DNA of 64,000 nt from Marsupella aquatica (Eukaryota > Plantae > Marchantiophyta): assembly GCA_973895155.1 (NCBI GenBank), contig OZ316891.1, positions 31,689,112-31,753,111 on the forward strand, in the 5' to 3' direction. This document shows positions 60,249 to 64,000 of the stretch, in pieces. Made by a program: the position numbers and the translations under genes. The notes under the pieces are model-generated. The model was given only the letters and a program-made list of their open reading frames with translations, did not search any database and was not told the origin of the DNA. Position 1 is the stretch's first letter; each line of letters starts with the position of its first letter.

Positions 60249-63200
60249 ATGTCGTCCGTGCCTGTATATCGGGTCAACAATGAGTCAGGAGACCAAAAGC
60301 ATTTGGGGTCCCTTAGTTACAAGGAGGGTTGGACCTTGGCTGACGCTAGGCAAAAGATGGTGGACCTGGAACTTTGGGATTTTGAGTTCCAGTTTATTGA
60401 TGTCAATTTCAATAGTCGAATTAAGGTTTCCTGGGAGAAAGGCAACCTCATTGAGGACTGTGGAGGGAAACTCGTCGTTATCCCAAAGGTTGGGACTGCA
60501 GTACCAGTGTGAGTACTAGGCACTGGTGTCGACATTGGGAGTAGCAATGCTTCCAATGGTACATCTCAAACTTGCAGCCAGGGTGATGACCTTGACACCC
60601 AACGTGTCGAGGGTACTGACTGGCTAGGAGATGAGCTCCCGTTGCCCAATCCTTCCCTTGTTGACACTCCTCGACCAGTTGAGGAGCAGGTGCTGCAAGT
60701 GAGTCTTAAGTCAATGACTATGCCAAAGGAACTAGAGAGGCATTGGTTGAAAGAGGTTGATAAGTTGAAGGAGCACATGGTGTCCATCAATGCTGCACAC
60801 CACAAGTGGAAAGTAATGACTTGGGACAAGATGGTGTTCCTTGTGGTAAGATAGAGTGTGTAGAGTGTCAGTGCAATAGGCTGGGAACGTCAAAGGGGTT
60901 GATGGACAGAGGGAGCATCACTAACTGCTTCACCAATTTCAAACACAAACATCTCATTACAGATAAGCATGCATCAAATGTGGCAACTAATAGGGGTGAG
61001 AAAATTGACCAAGTGGAGATCTCCAAGAGGGCTGCAGCATCTTTACTGAGTGATAGAAGCACTCTTGACATTCATGTCAAGATTGTGGAGCGTGTGAATG
61101 ACAGTCAGGTGGTTGACCATCAGACTTTTGAAATCGTAGGTGACCTTAGCAAGGAGCCTGTGGAGCTGCGCAAGTTTAAACTTTTGTGTTATTTTTGCAC
61201 AGAGTATCTTGTATTGATACAACGTAATTTGGAGTCCAATTTGCAGTCCCATTGTAGTAGTGTGAACCACTTAAATGCAGTGGCCAGAAGTCAGAAACCA
61301 CCCATTGGTCAACCAGTTCTATCAGGAAAGGCAGGCAGGCCACCCAGAAGCGACAAGAGAGATGTTCGACAAAGAACAATTGCAGGATTCTTAAGTCGAC
61401 AAGCTCGAGATAAAGCTTCCAGCAGTCAGCCTAGGGGTAGCGAATCAAGTGGAGGCTCGAGCAGCCAGACTGGGGATTTAGCACCAGATAAAGGTATTGT
61501 GCATGGATGGTCGTTGTTGTGTTGGGGGTTGTGGAGAGATGTGGTCATATACAGAGGGGAAGTCAGGCCTATCAAGGAAATCCTGTTTGACCAGCTGAAA
61601 GTGGAGGGTGACTAGTTTGCAAAGCCTCTAGTCATTGCCGAGGTGTGGTGTCTATCAACCCAAGAAACATGTGCTATACAAGGACTGTTTAGACACAAAC
61701 AGTGCAGTAGAATGTCAGAGGCTGGCGGTGGTTTTCGAGACCTTACTTGCCAGCAATGTTACTCAATAAAATTTAGGGATGATTTTAGAGGAAGAGTTAG
61801 TCAAGAGGCCATCTCAACTCTGAAAAGAGGGAGCAGAGGGACCGGGAAGGGTCGACGGTTAGATTACCTTATAGTTCCTGAAATCAATTTTCAGGCAAAA
61901 GTGTATAAGAGGAACATAGTGAGGGAGAGAAGGCGTGTGAGAATGCTAAACACCGTCTATGCATGCTGCATGCACGAGTCCCTTCACTGAGGGATGTCTG
62001 CGAGGAGTCACGGAATAGGAAAGATGTGTTCAAATTTTGCAATTCCATTGTGTTGGCTCATCGAAGAGGAGCCTTTGGTGGGAGAGATGCATTGTGGGAT
62101 TTGCTGAGAGATGTAGCTTCCAACCTCAATAGGGAAAAGCAGGGTCAGAGGTGGCGATCAGGGTCAAAGCTACTTGTCCAAACACTGTACCAACATGGGG
62201 GAAGACATGTAGTTGACTGCCTACAGACTAATGGTCTAGGCCCTAGTCTGAACACCCTTCAACGAGATCGAAGGGGTATGGCAGTGTTTCGTGTTGGTAT
62301 ACGAGCGGAGCAATTCAAGTTTGTGGCCGAAGTGTACTCTCGACTGAAACAGAGGATGGGTATCGATGGTCCTGTGCCATGCTATGTGGCTGAGGATGAG
62401 ACTGTTGTGAAGCGCACAGTCAGGTGATTTCATCGTCATGATTATCATCTATCATTGAATTTGAGCTCGGTACTTGTTACCATGGCTAGATTGACTCGGC
62501 AATTCACTGAAGTTTTCATGTGCCATGCAGATGGCAGCCTAAACATGATACACTTTTGGGATTTTGTGGAGAGAAAGAGAACCATAAATGTGTGGTGGGC
62601 TTGACATGAAGGTTGGAGAGGGAGAGGAGGGCTTCAACAACATAACTGAAGCCTTTCAAACATATGTTGTTGGCCACCAAGCAAGAGCGCTTGTAGTGAA
62701 TCCCCTGGTTCGTGGATTTCCTCGACTCTGTGTAGGAGGTACCATTACATGCAACAAGTTTAAGGCGGACGATGTAAGAGATCAATGGAATGACATTGGA
62801 TCCCTATGGACCACTCATTGCTTGCAGTCAGTCGGCCCGCTCTTGGGCCATGCCAGTGGTGGGGATTCTCGTAGGAGGAAGCTCATGCTGGAAGACTACA
62901 CTGGTAAAGGAATATAGGGGCCCAAACAGAACCTTTGCTAGGAAGGATGGCTATTGAGTCACTCGTTTACCACTGAGGGGCCCTATGTGCATGCTCATGG
63001 GTTACATGATCAAGATTACATCCACAATGGGAAGAAGCTCATCAACACATTGGATTCCTTGGCTAGAACATTGAAATTAGGGGCGCATGTGGCAAGTTGG
63101 AGTCATTTGGGGACTGTACAGAAGCTTGGTAGCCATGATGAACATGGCATTAACCTTGCAGACATTGGGCATAATGATAGACAGAATTGGGCTAGTGCAC

Positions 63201-64000
63201 AGAGACTCTGTAGTAGGAAAGTAGTCTCATCATTGAGGAAGCTTCGACAACGGAAGGATGTGAAAGTGGAGATGTCACTCGGGACTGAGATTTATGTAAC
63301 CATATGTGCAGACTATTTTGATGTGTTCATGAACACATCCCTTACTTTGCGGCAACGGATTGTCCTATGTGGAAAAGTTGGTTTCTTTTTCAGACTTTGG
63401 AGACTCTGGTGCTTCCATGGGAACCATACTGTAGGTGGTAATACACAGCCAATTAGTTTTACAGCAAGTTGCGTCCCTATGCAAACTTTCCTGGACATTC
63501 AAATATCAGTGCATTTTGTGGTCCTTCTGATAGTCCAATTTAGAGAGAATTTCCGACATCTGCCAGTACCCTTGCAGATGACAGGCTCTGACTGTTGTGA
63601 ACAGTTTTTCTCTAAAGTAGGTGGGATGAAAGGGAATGAGCGAAACTATGACTTTTCGGAACTTGTTGACTGTGCAACCTCTTTAAACAGGTTGGCAGCA
63701 ATGGACCTGAGTCGTGGGATTGTAGGTGCAGGGAGAAGTCATAAGAAGCACAGGTCCATTTGGATGTCTCTCATTCCAGGCCCTAAGGAGGATGCTGATC
63801 AAGCAGACTATTCAGGCATAGAAACAAATGAGGAAGTTGCGGCAGCTTTGAAAGAGGGGTTGTTGTTGGCGCAAAATGTTGCCACTCAACTTGAAATGAA
63901 CCCATTCACATCTTGCAAAGACAAAGTGTGGTGGGATTCACCATGGATCATGGAACAGAAAGGGTCAAAGTTTGGTGGATGGTGTGATGTTCGAGTGGAT
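60249..64000 (+). pseudogene. P-element/THAP9-like DDE transposase, decayed, with an intron, runs off window
   Basis: Ordered motifs VAEDET, DTLLGFCG, GHASGGDSRRR, DQDYIHNGKKLIN, DRQNWASAQRLCS, GTEIYVTICADYFDVF, TGSDCCEQFFS parallel P transposase FDEM, SD(L/M)G, DxPHLLKxxRN, KMKVKLAxQLFS, FDxFN, QDxxExFF. GT-AG intron at 62424-62530. The frame from ~62942 is open to the edge and is absent from the ORF track. Confidence 0.7.

Overview
This is a repeat-rich plant nuclear region. The PPR repeats look moss/bryophyte-like, which is an inference and not a taxon call. From left to right it contains: (1) a decayed PIF/Harbinger ALP1/HARBI1-like nuclease running off the left edge; (2) two convergent PLS-class PPR-DYW genes from a ~5 kb inverted duplication, one intact (20 repeats) and one pseudogenised after gaining three extra 303-bp PLS triplets; (3) a truncated Ty3/gypsy element between them; (4) decayed retroelement fragments; (5) a + strand stretch of orphan ORFs, including a stand-alone RNase H1 hybrid-binding domain; (6) a near-complete non-chromovirus Ty3/gypsy element (33765-58304) whose left LTR carries a nested L1-like LINE and a solo LTR; (7) a decayed, intron-containing P-element/THAP9-like transposase running off the right edge. 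The most unusual signals are three. The 4.68-kb gypsy LTR is mostly one ancestral ~1190-codon sense ORF present in both LTRs, with a homologue at the same position in a second family. A two-hairpin motif with a compensatory change is shared near the 3' end of three different LTR families. A P-superfamily-like transposase occurs in land-plant-type DNA. All domain calls come from reading motifs by eye; no searches were run.
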